A DNA stretch of 63,861 nt, filler included. It is 8 parts of 8 records of this genome, joined end to end, with 100 filler letters (N's around TTAATTAATTAA, not from the genome) between each part and the next. Parts side by side here need not be neighbours in the genome. Positions count along the whole stretch, not along the records: positions 47,569 to 54,530 come from SRR2962707_1252; positions 54,631 to 63,861 come from SRR2962707_1272; 6 more parts are not named here. One strand, given 5' to 3'. Each line of letters opens with the position of its first letter. The first letter of the stretch is position 1. A model generated the notes under the pieces. It was not told where the DNA came from, did no database searches, and was given only the letters and a program-made list of their open reading frames with translations. Shown here piece after piece: positions 50,601-61,900 of the stretch. The position numbers were made by a program, and so were the translations under genes.

Positions 50601-53600
50601 TGCTGCAAGATTGTCATAGTCGGAATTATACGTTTTTCGAACCCGCAAGCCATCAAATTGCTTGCGTTCCTGACGACCACGAAAGTGCTTCTGAATGAAT
50701 CGAGCGCTGTCATGTGCCTGTTTGTTGCAGTTGTGATGACAAGGACAAGAACATGGGGATGGGCAACGTGGTTGCAACGATCAGTGACAGCATTCATACT
50801 GTCACACAAAACGTGATCGTACTTGGTAGGCAACGTGCTACGTACCCATTCTTCGCGTCGTTGTGCGATCTGCTTTTTGGACATCCCTATCTCCTGAAAC
50901 CAGCGTTTTACAACGTCAACCTTGCGCTTGTTTTTCGGTTTCGTCTTAATTTTGATTTTTTCCTATTGAAAATAGTATGATAGTATGTCCATCACAATGC
51001 ATTCAGTTTGCGTTTTGCCGAAACGACACCCATTTGAAAAAGATCTGACTAGATGCAGAAGTTCTCTCTTTGCAATCAGCAAGTCAAAGCAACACAACAA
51101 ATCTATCCTTGCTTTCGCACCAAAAATTGCCGCATTTTAATCTTGCTATTTCGATTCTTTGCAGACTCGGACTTGACTACGACATCCTTCTTCCCTTCGC
51201 CAAGAGCGCCTTTCAGCAAGTTTTCTTGCGGGACGAGTCATCAGACAAATTCATCAGCCAAATCGGAGTGACCAGTGACCAATATGCATCAAGGGCGAGA
51301 AATTGCAAAACGCCTGCAATCGCTGGGACACATTGGGATTCTGTCTACCAGCTAAACATACCAAGCGATCGTTTGACCTTATAGAGCTTCCATGGGACTT
51401 TGGTGTGGCCAAACTGATCAGAGAGTGTTTTTTGCTTCCACAGTAAGCGCATCCACTCTGGCTCCATCTCAGGAACCTCGACTAAAGCGTTCCCATCGTC
51501 GTAAACATACCTGCACAACGCAGAAAAACCCGGACCAGCATATATAAGCCAACGCATCGACCAATCAGCGATGAAAAACTTGGAAAACGTCCTCGCACAT
51601 ACTGAATCAAGTGCGGAAATGCGGTTGGGTCACCCTCGAGGTCCTTATCAACGTCAAGGACAGTCGCAGTGTAGTGCTTGATGTTTTCTTTGCCACTCTT
51701 TCGCATGCGCGTAATCGTAAACGAAAAAACCATCCCCACAGTTACGCGTTCTTTCTTGCGCCGCTCCTCGTCCGCAGCCTCCTTCTTTTCCTGACGTTGT
51801 AGTCGTGCTGTTTTGCTGTCCAACCCCTTGGCTTGATCCAAGAAGTTCATGAACATTTGGCCGAGCGACATCTTCCCTGACTGAGCAGCCTTTCGAAACA
51901 GAAAATCACACTACGGATGAGCGCCTGCCAACGTCTGACAAAGGAAATAATAGTCTCCGGGCCAGGGTCCAATACGTACCCATACCGCCACACAAAATTC
52001 GCAAAATTCGATTTGACCACTGTTGTCAGCGTCGCACATTTCCATGAACTGCTTTGCCCGCTCTTTCGACATTGTTCCCTCGTATGTCCCCAAACTCCGC
52101 AATGCAGTTGTTAATTCTTCCACGTTCATTGTGCCACTGTCATCAAAATCATACCTGTTTCCAGATGCACGAACCGCAGGATGTCAGGCGTCACCAGGCA
52201 GCTGCGCAAGACACACACTGGCAGTACGACCATAAATCGACTGACTTATCAAACAGCTCTCGAAACCGCTTCAGCTCTTTTGGTGTAAATTCTGTTTCAA
52301 AGTCGTCAGGAAGATAATACCTGCAGCGACGATGCAATGCCACACACTCACTCACACACACACACACACTTTGCTTGGCGACACTGATGATGGGGCGCTT
52401 CCGCCAATCATGTCAAAATGACCAAAACTCACCGCTGCTCGTCAGGCAGCACCCATGACGTTTCGTGGGTGCGAATGTTGTAGTAAAACTCTTGGTCATT
52501 TTCGATGGTCTTGCGCCAAATCGGTGGCATGCGGCGGCGTAGCTTTCTTGCCATTTTCTGACGAGTGTTTGCGACAAGGTCAGCGAGAGATTCCTCAAAC
52601 CTGCACGACCAGAAACGAATAGTCAGGGGTCCAGCAGCAACATTCTCGCAGGACCGACACAACAAACGAGACAACATCACAAACCGAAGTCTTGCATTCG
52701 TAGAAAACTTCGTTGCAAAAGACTTGATTGCCTCTCCCCATTTTCCGAAGAGCCCTTGGAAGAGTTTTGAGTCACTCATTTTAACATACATTCCCGCATA
52801 CCTAAAGCCAAGAAAGTGTGCAGGGGGTTCTAAACTAAGAAAGCGCGTAAACCGCGCTTTCCTCCTTCGCATGCAACTGCTTTTGACACGACCACATACT
52901 CTTGGAAGTCTACAAAGCCGCTGCCATCTGCATCTACTTTAGCAAAGATTTTCACAAACTGCGGTTTTGAAAATTTGAAGCCGAGGTTCACGAATGCCGC
53001 TTCCAGTTCATCAGCACTTATACTACCTTTCAAATGGGCAAACGGGCGGAGGTGTGAGCCACGCTTGCCCGTAGACATGAAAGGCCTACGACATCAACCA
53101 ATGCGAAAAGATGAACGAAAGACAGAGTGCTGGGCCCCACCTGAGTTGTCAATGTCGAAAGAGTCAAATTCACGGCGCATTGCAATAACTTCTTCGGGAG
53201 TGAAGTGCTTTGCCAGCTCCAGCGGTAGAAATGTCCGACTTCCAGCAGTCGGCTTCTCCCATTGGGTGTGCTGAGTTATTACGTTGAAATAATACCTGTG
53301 CACACGATCAATGGCGATAATTGTAGAGTGAGCTGCCTCGTTCGTGAACGTCTCAACAAGAAGCAATTGAGAACGTGGTCATGACGTGAGCTGTTCGAGC
53401 ACACTACGGATTGCAACAACAGCTGGTCCGGAGGCACACACCGCTTGCCCTCAGGAGTATCCGCTGAAGACCACCCTTCCGGCAGTTCTTCATACACCCG
53501 GAATTTGTTCGTCATTGCTTGCCGTCCATATATTTTATGGCGAGAGCCATCGTAGTGCCAAGCTGTCACCTTGTACCTGCAAGAGTCATGAAGTTCATTC

Positions 53601-54049
53601 GCAACGGTAAAGCCGATCATACCACAATCAAGGCAAAACATCTCCCGCAGCAGGTAGCGCGCAATGCAAAGGAGAGCAAACCTAAAAGTTGTGTTCTCTG
53701 CTAGGTTTTTCTCGTCAAAGTAGAGCGTTGATTCCTTGACGAATGTCTCGTTCTTCAGCTGCCAGGTGTAGATGGGTTCATCGACCGGAGAATCGGGGTC
53801 TACCTGCTGGCGAAGCCGGGTAATGCGGTACCCGTCCACTTTGAAGTCTTCCGGCGGGTCCCACGTCACTCGCACGCTGCTTACACTGCCACACGTAGCC
53901 CGAGCGTTCCGAACTGCAGACTTGGGATCCAGCAGCTTTTCTTTATCCTCCGAGTCTTTCTGAGACTTTGTTGCGGTGGAAGCGAGGTCGTCGTGATACC
54001 AGGCAGCGCCTCCACCTCCACCGCCTCCGCCTGTACTTCTGCCAAGCAT
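47662..54049 (-). CDS. Large multidomain Ca2+/calmodulin scaffold: FN3, WW, EF-hand pair, WW, EF-hand pair, IQ motifs, coiled coil, split SH3 (more than 20 exons)
   Basis: FN3 VRVTWDPP..VDGYRI..LAENTTFRYKVTA; WW LPEGWSSADTPEGKRYYFNVITQHTQWEKP and WRKTIENDQEFYYNIRTHETSWVLP; EF loops DIDNSGSISADE, DADGSGFVDFQE, DFDDSGTMNVEE, DADNSGQIEFCE; IQ motifs IQKHFRG, IQGAVRR, IQTVFRG. Exons around 50900-51380 are not fully resolved, so a two-gene model is not excluded. Confidence 0.75.
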
Positions 54050-54530
54050 TCTGCGCTGCTTGGCACCCCCACCTCAATTGACGACTTTACGTGACGTTGC
54101 AACTCGCCATTGCAATCAAATATTCATAATGCATACATACACAAATACATGCACACAGACATACACCACATAGGCTACTCAGGAGCCTCCTTTCTGGTTC
54201 AAATATGTCGGTTTCTGGGCGAGCACTTTTGCCCACGATAAAGGCAGGCCATTCATTCCAACCTTCGCAATGTAATAGACTCGACAAGAAACAAAAACAA
54301 AAAACAATGGTTGTTCCGGAAGAAAACCAACGCAAGAGAAAACGAAGCACAGAAGAAAACAACACGCAAAAACACCCAAAAAACGGGCCGAGACATCGCC
54401 CTGCAGAGGCGACCAAGCCCCCGTGTCTTGCCAATTAATTGGCTGCATCTGTAATATCTACCGATGCCGGTGGGCATGACTGCGTCTTCGTGAGTGAGTC
54501 CGTGAGTGAGTGCGTGCGTGCGTGCGTGAG

Positions 54531-54630
54531 NNNNNNNNNNNNNNNNNNNNNNNNNNNNNNNNNNNNNNNNNNNNTTAATTAATTAANNNNNNNNNNNNNN
54601 NNNNNNNNNNNNNNNNNNNNNNNNNNNNNN
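54531..54630. other. Artificial contig linker
   Basis: 44 N + TTAATTAATTAA + 44 N. Confidence 0.98.
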
Positions 54631-55861
54631 GAGGAGGAGGAGGAGGAGGAGGAGGACGAGAAGGAGGAGGAGGAGGAAGAAGAAGATCCAGCCGGAGTGC
54701 CAAGATCTCCAGAGGAAGCTCCCGACCGGGGTCATCTCGCAGTCGTCCCAGCTCAAGTTCCAGTGACCGCCAGCCAAAAGGGCGAAGGAAGCAGTCATCA
54801 GCAGCGGCAAAGCAAAGGTCACAGGGACCTGGCGCTACATCCAAGAAACGTCGACAAAAAACCAAGAAGAGCTTACCCCCCGAGGTGATGTCACAGGTCC
54901 GTGATCAGTATCCCGTGTGTGGAAGGGGTAATCCCTCGAAAGCAACACTGTGAATGCGGCTTGGGGTCATCTGCGATCATGCTTGTGTCGGAAAATGTTG
55001 TGCAGCGTTGTCTTTGTTTCATTCATACACGGAGCAGCAAGCTGCAAGACAATGGTGTTGTGCACCTTTGTTCTATGCCCGCACGTCTCCTCTTCCACAT
55101 GTTGTTCACATGTGGCTTTTTGGGATGCCTGTTGATTGTTGCGCAGCTTTCCTCCAAACGTAACATTGGTCATTTCACTGCGGAGCAGCTTTCATCGAAG
55201 AAGATTGTGGTTGAGCAGAGGGGTACCATTCAACGTGAGAAGTCGTTTGATGCTGCAGACGTTGGGAAATCTGGAATGGTGCACTTGGGAAAAGCGGAGC
55301 TCCTCATTTTGGACAAGGTGACAAGTACAGATCAGGTCCCTCGCGCAACACGCAGCACTTTCACGTTGCTTGACAACGACGAAATGTTGGAGAGGCACAT
55401 GCAACACTATGACGTGCGTCGAACCAAACAGTGTCTATCCCCCACACATGTTGTCACATGCGAACGTAGCTGCCCGCTTCAATTTCGTCCCTCATTTCAC
55501 TTTGTGTGTTGCACAGTCCAATGGTTCGGTAGGCGGCATGCCAACAGAGTACTTTGCCAACGTCTACGCTTCATCTCAAGCAGACGAGTCATTAGCTTCC
55601 CTCAATGAACAGAAGAACTCACGGTTGTCTCCTAAAGCTGCGAGAGCAGCTGCAGCTGCGGCACAATCCAAGCGAGTTGGGCGACCCGGTGTACCTCGCT
55701 CGAAATCCGAGGCAGTTCGAAGTGCGCACTCTGACGAAAGTCGTTTGTTGCCAAAGTTGAACAACACGACCACCGGTAGCTCTAGCCGACGGTCCATTCC
55801 TCGTTCGAAGTCGGTTGCCGCTGGATCGCAATCAACACGCTTGCCCCTTTTGAAGCCATGA
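54631..55861 (+). CDS. 5'-truncated hypothetical protein, basic/Ser-rich, possibly with degenerate EF-hands
   Basis: In-frame splice model ..KKSLPPE|LSSKRNIG..FDAADVGKSGMVHLGKAE..MQHYD|SNGSVGGM..LLKP*; GT-AG junctions; start lost at the contig end. Confidence 0.5.
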
Positions 55862-55972
55862 TTGGCATTTTTTTACAAGGGGACCCTGATTTCTGGTTGC
55901 ATACACATTGAAATGAAAATTAAAATAAATTATTTGAATCGAAAGCCCACTTGAAACACTTATCGGACAACC

Positions 55973-58900
55973 TCACACAAGGGTTAAGGCAGGCGACACC
56001 CTGTCCCACCAGACTGCCTGCATTGAGGACGGCAGCGCCTCAAACGTCAACACAACAAGCTGACGCACAGTCGACGTTTGATCTGCGGACGGTCCTTCGC
56101 CTTCAGCCACCGTTGCCTCTATCCGTTCCCAAGCCTGCAAAAAAGCGCCTTGCAGCTGCTGAAGCACACCGGTTGCACTTTCGAGCTTAGCATGCCGGAG
56201 CAAGTGACGGTAGCATTCAATAATCTCACTCCCAATGCATTGCGACGCTGCGATGGTGATCGAACAGTTGGCAAGGATGTCGTGGCGTTGCTGGGATGAC
56301 CATGCGACAAGCAAAGCACCAAGACACTGCAGCACTCGGTCGCCCGCCCACAATTTCTCTCCCGGAACTTGATCCTCGGCGGTGTGTGGGTGCTCAATAG
56401 TTCCGAAAGATTTCGCAAACACATAAATCAACTCTAACAATGTCACGGTGTTGTTGGTCCCGATTACTCTGCACGCAAGTGAGGCATAGTAGCCTATGGT
56501 TCTAGCCAAGCTGCCATCGACAACATTTTCCCGCGCGGCGGTACTCGGGCGTTTGACCAAAAAAGCTGTGACGGACTCGTCGTGCAAGAACTTTAGAAGC
56601 ACTTCGCGGTCGCACACACCACCAGGATTTACCGATACCGGGCTTGATGAACGATGAAAGCAGTATGAAAACCACATGGCTTCGACTGCGTCAGCAATCG
56701 GGACAGTCGGTCTTGTGGAGGCTGACCGTTCGAACACGAACACATGAATCCACGTCGGGGGGACCACTGCTAGTGCACTAACTGCGACCAATGACTGGCC
56801 GCCAGCTTGTTCGCCAGCTTGTTCGCCAGCTTGTGCACAGGTGACAAAATGCGCGACGACAGATTCTGTGGCCTCAAACGGTGCCGCTTCTTTGGCGCGG
56901 AGCAGCCACGGCACCCATGTGTCTAGGAAAAATGATTTTTGAAATAGTCGACGTGGCATTGGATCAGCGGTGGACGACGATGACGCAAATTGCGCCAGCT
57001 GTTGGCAAAAGAGCCGGGCAATTTCCACGCGGGACCCACTTGCAGCACCATTTGGCAGCAGCATGTCGCTAAGGCTCACGCTCTGCGTGACAAACGCTGC
57101 AAAAGCGGTGACCAATAGAGCGCCTCGTAACTGGGGGGCTGCGCACCGCAGTATTTTCGCAAAATTTGCTGCGATGAACACGCGAAGTGATGAGACGGCA
57201 GCAGGAGGAGGTGTAGCTCCGTCAAGCAAACAGCATGGCTTCAGTATGGCGCTGGTTGTCAACAACCTGCTCAACGACCCCTCCCGATACGAATAGACGA
57301 TGATGAGACGAAGGCAGCTTTCCGTCAGTGCGGCTGCTGTTGCTTCAAACTGCTTCGTACCAGGCATCTGCTTCATGAATTGTGACGCAGCAGAGAGAAC
57401 AGAGGCAGCCACAAGTTGTAGTCGGATTATGGGCAGGGTGGAGTCTGCTAGAATACCGCAGAGAGCGGCAATTTTGGTTCCTATCAAGACTACCGTTTGC
57501 TGGGAGGAGGGGTGCTGGTGCCTGGTTGCTTCGTCTCCTTCGAGAGGCTGGCCAAAGGCATCAGCAAGCTCTTGTATGGCTGACATTAGTGACTTTGCGA
57601 TGAAGCGCAGCATTGAACCTTGTGGGAAAGATTTCAGGATGGTGAGCGAAAAGCCACTGGGCAACGCAATTGCGTGCATCGTCGGCGCTTCTCTTTGCGC
57701 TGAGCGACTGGAGATCATCCTGGAGTTGGCAACCTTCGCAACGTCAGCATGAATGCCCTTTTCAGCTGGATCGTACTTGGCAGCTTTGTCCCGAGGAACC
57801 AAACTGAACGGGTTTGCCAATTGCGGCAGTAAATGTAAACCTGGTGACGAAGCACCAACCTCGCTATAAAAAATGCTTGCCGCAGAGAGCACACTACCGT
57901 GAATCAGCACCCCGACTTGGAAGATCGGATCGCTGCCGGCTTCGACAGCACTTGCGTCTTTGCTCAAACAAGCGTCGCAAGCTGTTGACAGGGATTGCAG
58001 AAGACCCCACGTTCCCGATCGAGCCAACCACCTGCACAGCCACGTCTCATCAGAGAGTGTTACAGCAGCATCCAGTGGGCTTGCCAAAAGATGCGTGCCG
58101 GCGTGCATTGTCATTGATGCCAACAAGGCCCCCACCACACGGGCGAGAAGACAACGCGGATTGGTAGTGCTGCCATTCTTGTCACGTTCACTGAGCGAGC
58201 TGGTGGTTGCTCTTGCTGCGCCAGTCGCGGATATCAACTGAATTAATTCACGCCGCACTGCTCCAGTGACAACAGGGCCTTCTGCGCCATTGTTTTCTGA
58301 GACGCCATGTGAGAAAAATGCAAAGCTACTCAGCAAAAATAGTGACGTTATTGATTCAGGAGTTGACACGCAGTCCGCCAGAAGACGGCGGGCTTGGGCA
58401 GACATTGTTTTAATTCTGGCCTTTAAAATGCGCTGGGAGGCGTTCGGGTTCAAGTCAACTCCCCAACGGGGAGTCGACTCAGCCTGTGCAGATGTGGCGC
58501 GGTTGATCGTCGTTTGAAGCTGCTCAGCAACTGAAAACACTGAAGCGCAGGTCACGAACCAAGCAGCAGATAACGGGTCGTCGGTGTTGGAACCGTCGGA
58601 GGGGATGACGTGACGAGAAAAAGCGCTTACCAACACCTTGACACAATCAAATACTTCGAGAGTATCGTTTGCAGAGTGCACACATGCTTCAATAGTCGGA
58701 CCGAATGTTTCGGATGCCAACAGCAACTGCACAGCGTTGCAGGCCCACCGCACTGCCACATGTGCTCCGTGTGCCGTTGCGGTCACACATGCATCGGCTG
58801 TGTCGTGCACTGCCACGTGGCTTCGAGTAGCATTTGCGATGCAACCAATAATCGTTTGCACAAGGTGCTTATGCGCTGGTTCAAAGCGTGAGTGACGCGA

Positions 58901-61900
58901 ACGCAGCACCACACTCCATTGCAAGCACGCTGCAGCGCACTGGCCAAGCGCCGAAGTCAGGAGGAAACAGATCAGTTGATTCTTTTCCGCCAGAAAGGGC
59001 CTCGCAGCATCTGTGCTTCGGAATGACGCTTGAGTGACCGACTCCTCAACGTTAACAGCATGCTGCTGCCATTTGGTTAGGATACCTTTGCTTAGCCCGA
59101 GGATAGCTGAGGTCGTTGAGGCCATGCCCGAGTCTCCACTAGAACCCAAGGCGCTTGCTTCTCCGACAATGACTCGTGCAAGAAAACCCAGAGCTTCAGC
59201 AGCAGCTGCTACAACGGTGTGGCCACCTTTCCACACGAAGGCGGCATCTTGTGCGAGCACCTGCGACAGGAGTCGCAGAATGGCCGTCTTGACTGACGCG
59301 CAATAACTTCTTGGCAGCAAGCTATGTAGCGCAGCAGCGGCAAGAATAATGTTGGCCACTTTTGGAAATTCCTCCGGAAGATACACTGATGGGGACGATG
59401 CCTCTGATCCTGGCTTTGCACCACCCGGGCTTCGACTTCGACCTGCACCTGGATGAGCCGCTTTGTTATGCATTGCCTTGGCAGCGCTGGTTGTGTTGCC
59501 TGGTCGAGAAGACGCAAGACACCGCTCAAGTGCAGGTTTCAATGCTCGATTCCAAATAGTCTTGCCAGCTTGTTTCAGCAATTTCTCTTGGTCCACAAAT
59601 TTGCTATCACCATGTCCCTCAAAATCCTCGACGCAAGAAATTATCTGCACTTCAGCAAGAAGCCAACGTGCACAAAACAAACGCCACGCTGGCAAAAATG
59701 TAGCTTGGCCAAGCCAAAAGTCTGGATTGGCCAGCTCGCCATTGCGAAGGGCAAGTCTCCGCACAGGGGGCTCAACGTCTGCGCACAGTTGTGGGAAAAG
59801 GTCCCAGAACGACTTTCCAAACTCAAGGATGTCTGCCCTCAACGCAGCACCCAGACTATGCACTTCGTGCCCATATAAGCACACGACGCGAAGAGACATT
59901 GCAGCTCGTTCTTCTGGAGCACACGAGGCATACGATGCCAAGAGGCTGTTGCTACTGCCAGGCAGTGTCGCAACAGGCGATGGATTTTGCACCCCGTCCC
60001 CATGCCCACACAGCAACGCCATCAAGTGCTCCTGCCAAGAGCGTGAACTTGGTTCATCCTCAAGGAGAGTCAATGGGCGACCCTTGGCGGATTTGTGGTG
60101 CCTCGCAGGCCTTTCCGTGGGTGAGTCAGGTTCAGAAGCCACAAGTTGGTGAGTGTGGCTGCTCCACCGACGCATGTACGATTGCGTTGCCGCATCATGG
60201 GAACAGACGGTTGTCAACAACATTGACACAGCGTTGCGCACAAGCGGGCTCTCCGATGCAAAACCGCGTGATTCAACGAGACGCATCCGCCGCCCAGTAT
60301 CGCTTGAAGCGGAAGCAACAGAAGCAACAGAACCGACGACGTTGACGACTGGATCACCATCCTTACCTGCACGGGCAACCGGCAAAGTCGCAATGACACG
60401 CAAACAGTTCCACCACGCACAAGTGGCGCGCTCCAAGTCCCCGCCCACGCCAATGAAATCCGATGGCAATTTTGCAATAAAGTTCCATGATTCAGCAACA
60501 ATCCCATTAATTTGTTCGGCTGTTTCAGAAAGCTGTTTGACTGCACTTCCGACTTCCGCATCAGCAAGGGTGGAATTTTCCATCCCAGCGGCAACTACCT
60601 CCTCAACATGGACACCACACTCCTCCAGCTCCGCCAAGAGCTCCAAACGCTCGGTGCACAGTGCTTCTGCAATTTCAGAATAGAATTGTGCTAGCGCTAG
60701 ATGAATAAGATATGTCAACGGGCATCGCGTAGAAGATGTGAGCTCGCTATCCGCAGGAAAATGCTGTCTTACTATACGTAGGCCAGTAGCAAAATTAATA
60801 TGACCATCGCGGCACAAACGTTGAAGCGACAAAATACACAGAGCAGTTGCCTGTGATGCCCACCGTTCGCCCTGAAACTGGGCACGTTTAGCCTCAACAA
60901 GTGCGTTTCCCACAAACTTGACAAAATCTGCACCAACCTGCCTCCCGCCGTGGTCACAAAGTTGGATCAAGCTGTGAAGTTGCACAGCTAATATGTCGGC
61001 GGGTATTTGTGTGGGCATCTGACCAAGCCCGCAGTCATGAATGAATTCGCTTAGAAGGCCGACGGTCGCTGAGTTTGCAACGAGTGTCCGACACAATAAG
61101 CGCCCGGCCAATGCCAAAGCCGCTGCAGATCGGGTAGCCTCCTGCGATCCAGAACGCGCCAACATCATTGGCCTGGCGAGGAAGCACAAGGCCGCCTTTG
61201 TGCATCTCGGATTGGCAACGAGAGCGGTAGCTGCGTCAAGAATTGACATGTAGTGAGCAAACGAAGGTGAGTTTGCTAGAGGCGGTCTATTATTGCCGGC
61301 GGTCGCAGTTGGTAAGCCAACAATACTGAATTGGGCGGCAAATTGAAGACATGGGAGCAATTCCAGTGCCGCACTCGGTTGGCTATTTACGGTTTGGCGC
61401 ACAATACGCTCGATGAGCGACGCAGAAGTGGATCCCTGCCCGCCTGCATCAACTGATTGCGACAGTGTGTGCATTAGACCTTCCTGTGCCCGTTGCTTGC
61501 CATTGGCAGCCAAGTGCGGGTGAAAGAGCGCTAAAGCACAGATAAGCACCGGTAACGACCTTGTTCTTGGCACACCAAAAGTACATGCGCCACTGTTGCC
61601 AACCATGTCCGATATCGCAGCGTAATAGGCAGCCATGACAGGGGATGAGCTGCTGGTTTCTGTTTCTCGAGCGGAGTCGAAATCGAAGCTGTTGAGGCCA
61701 CAAAGGATACTTTGGTTCCCCAGCGCAAGAAGCCTCGGCAGAACTGCTGCGATATTCCCATTCTTCAATAGGGCGTCGAGGGTAGCAGACGGCACCAGCG
61801 GGTGCTGCAAGGGACTGGTCTCGGCTGCAGTTTCTTGAATGACCTTGAGTAGACGCAAGGCGAGCGACGAACTTGGTGGCGTTGCTTGGAGGTCAGTTTG

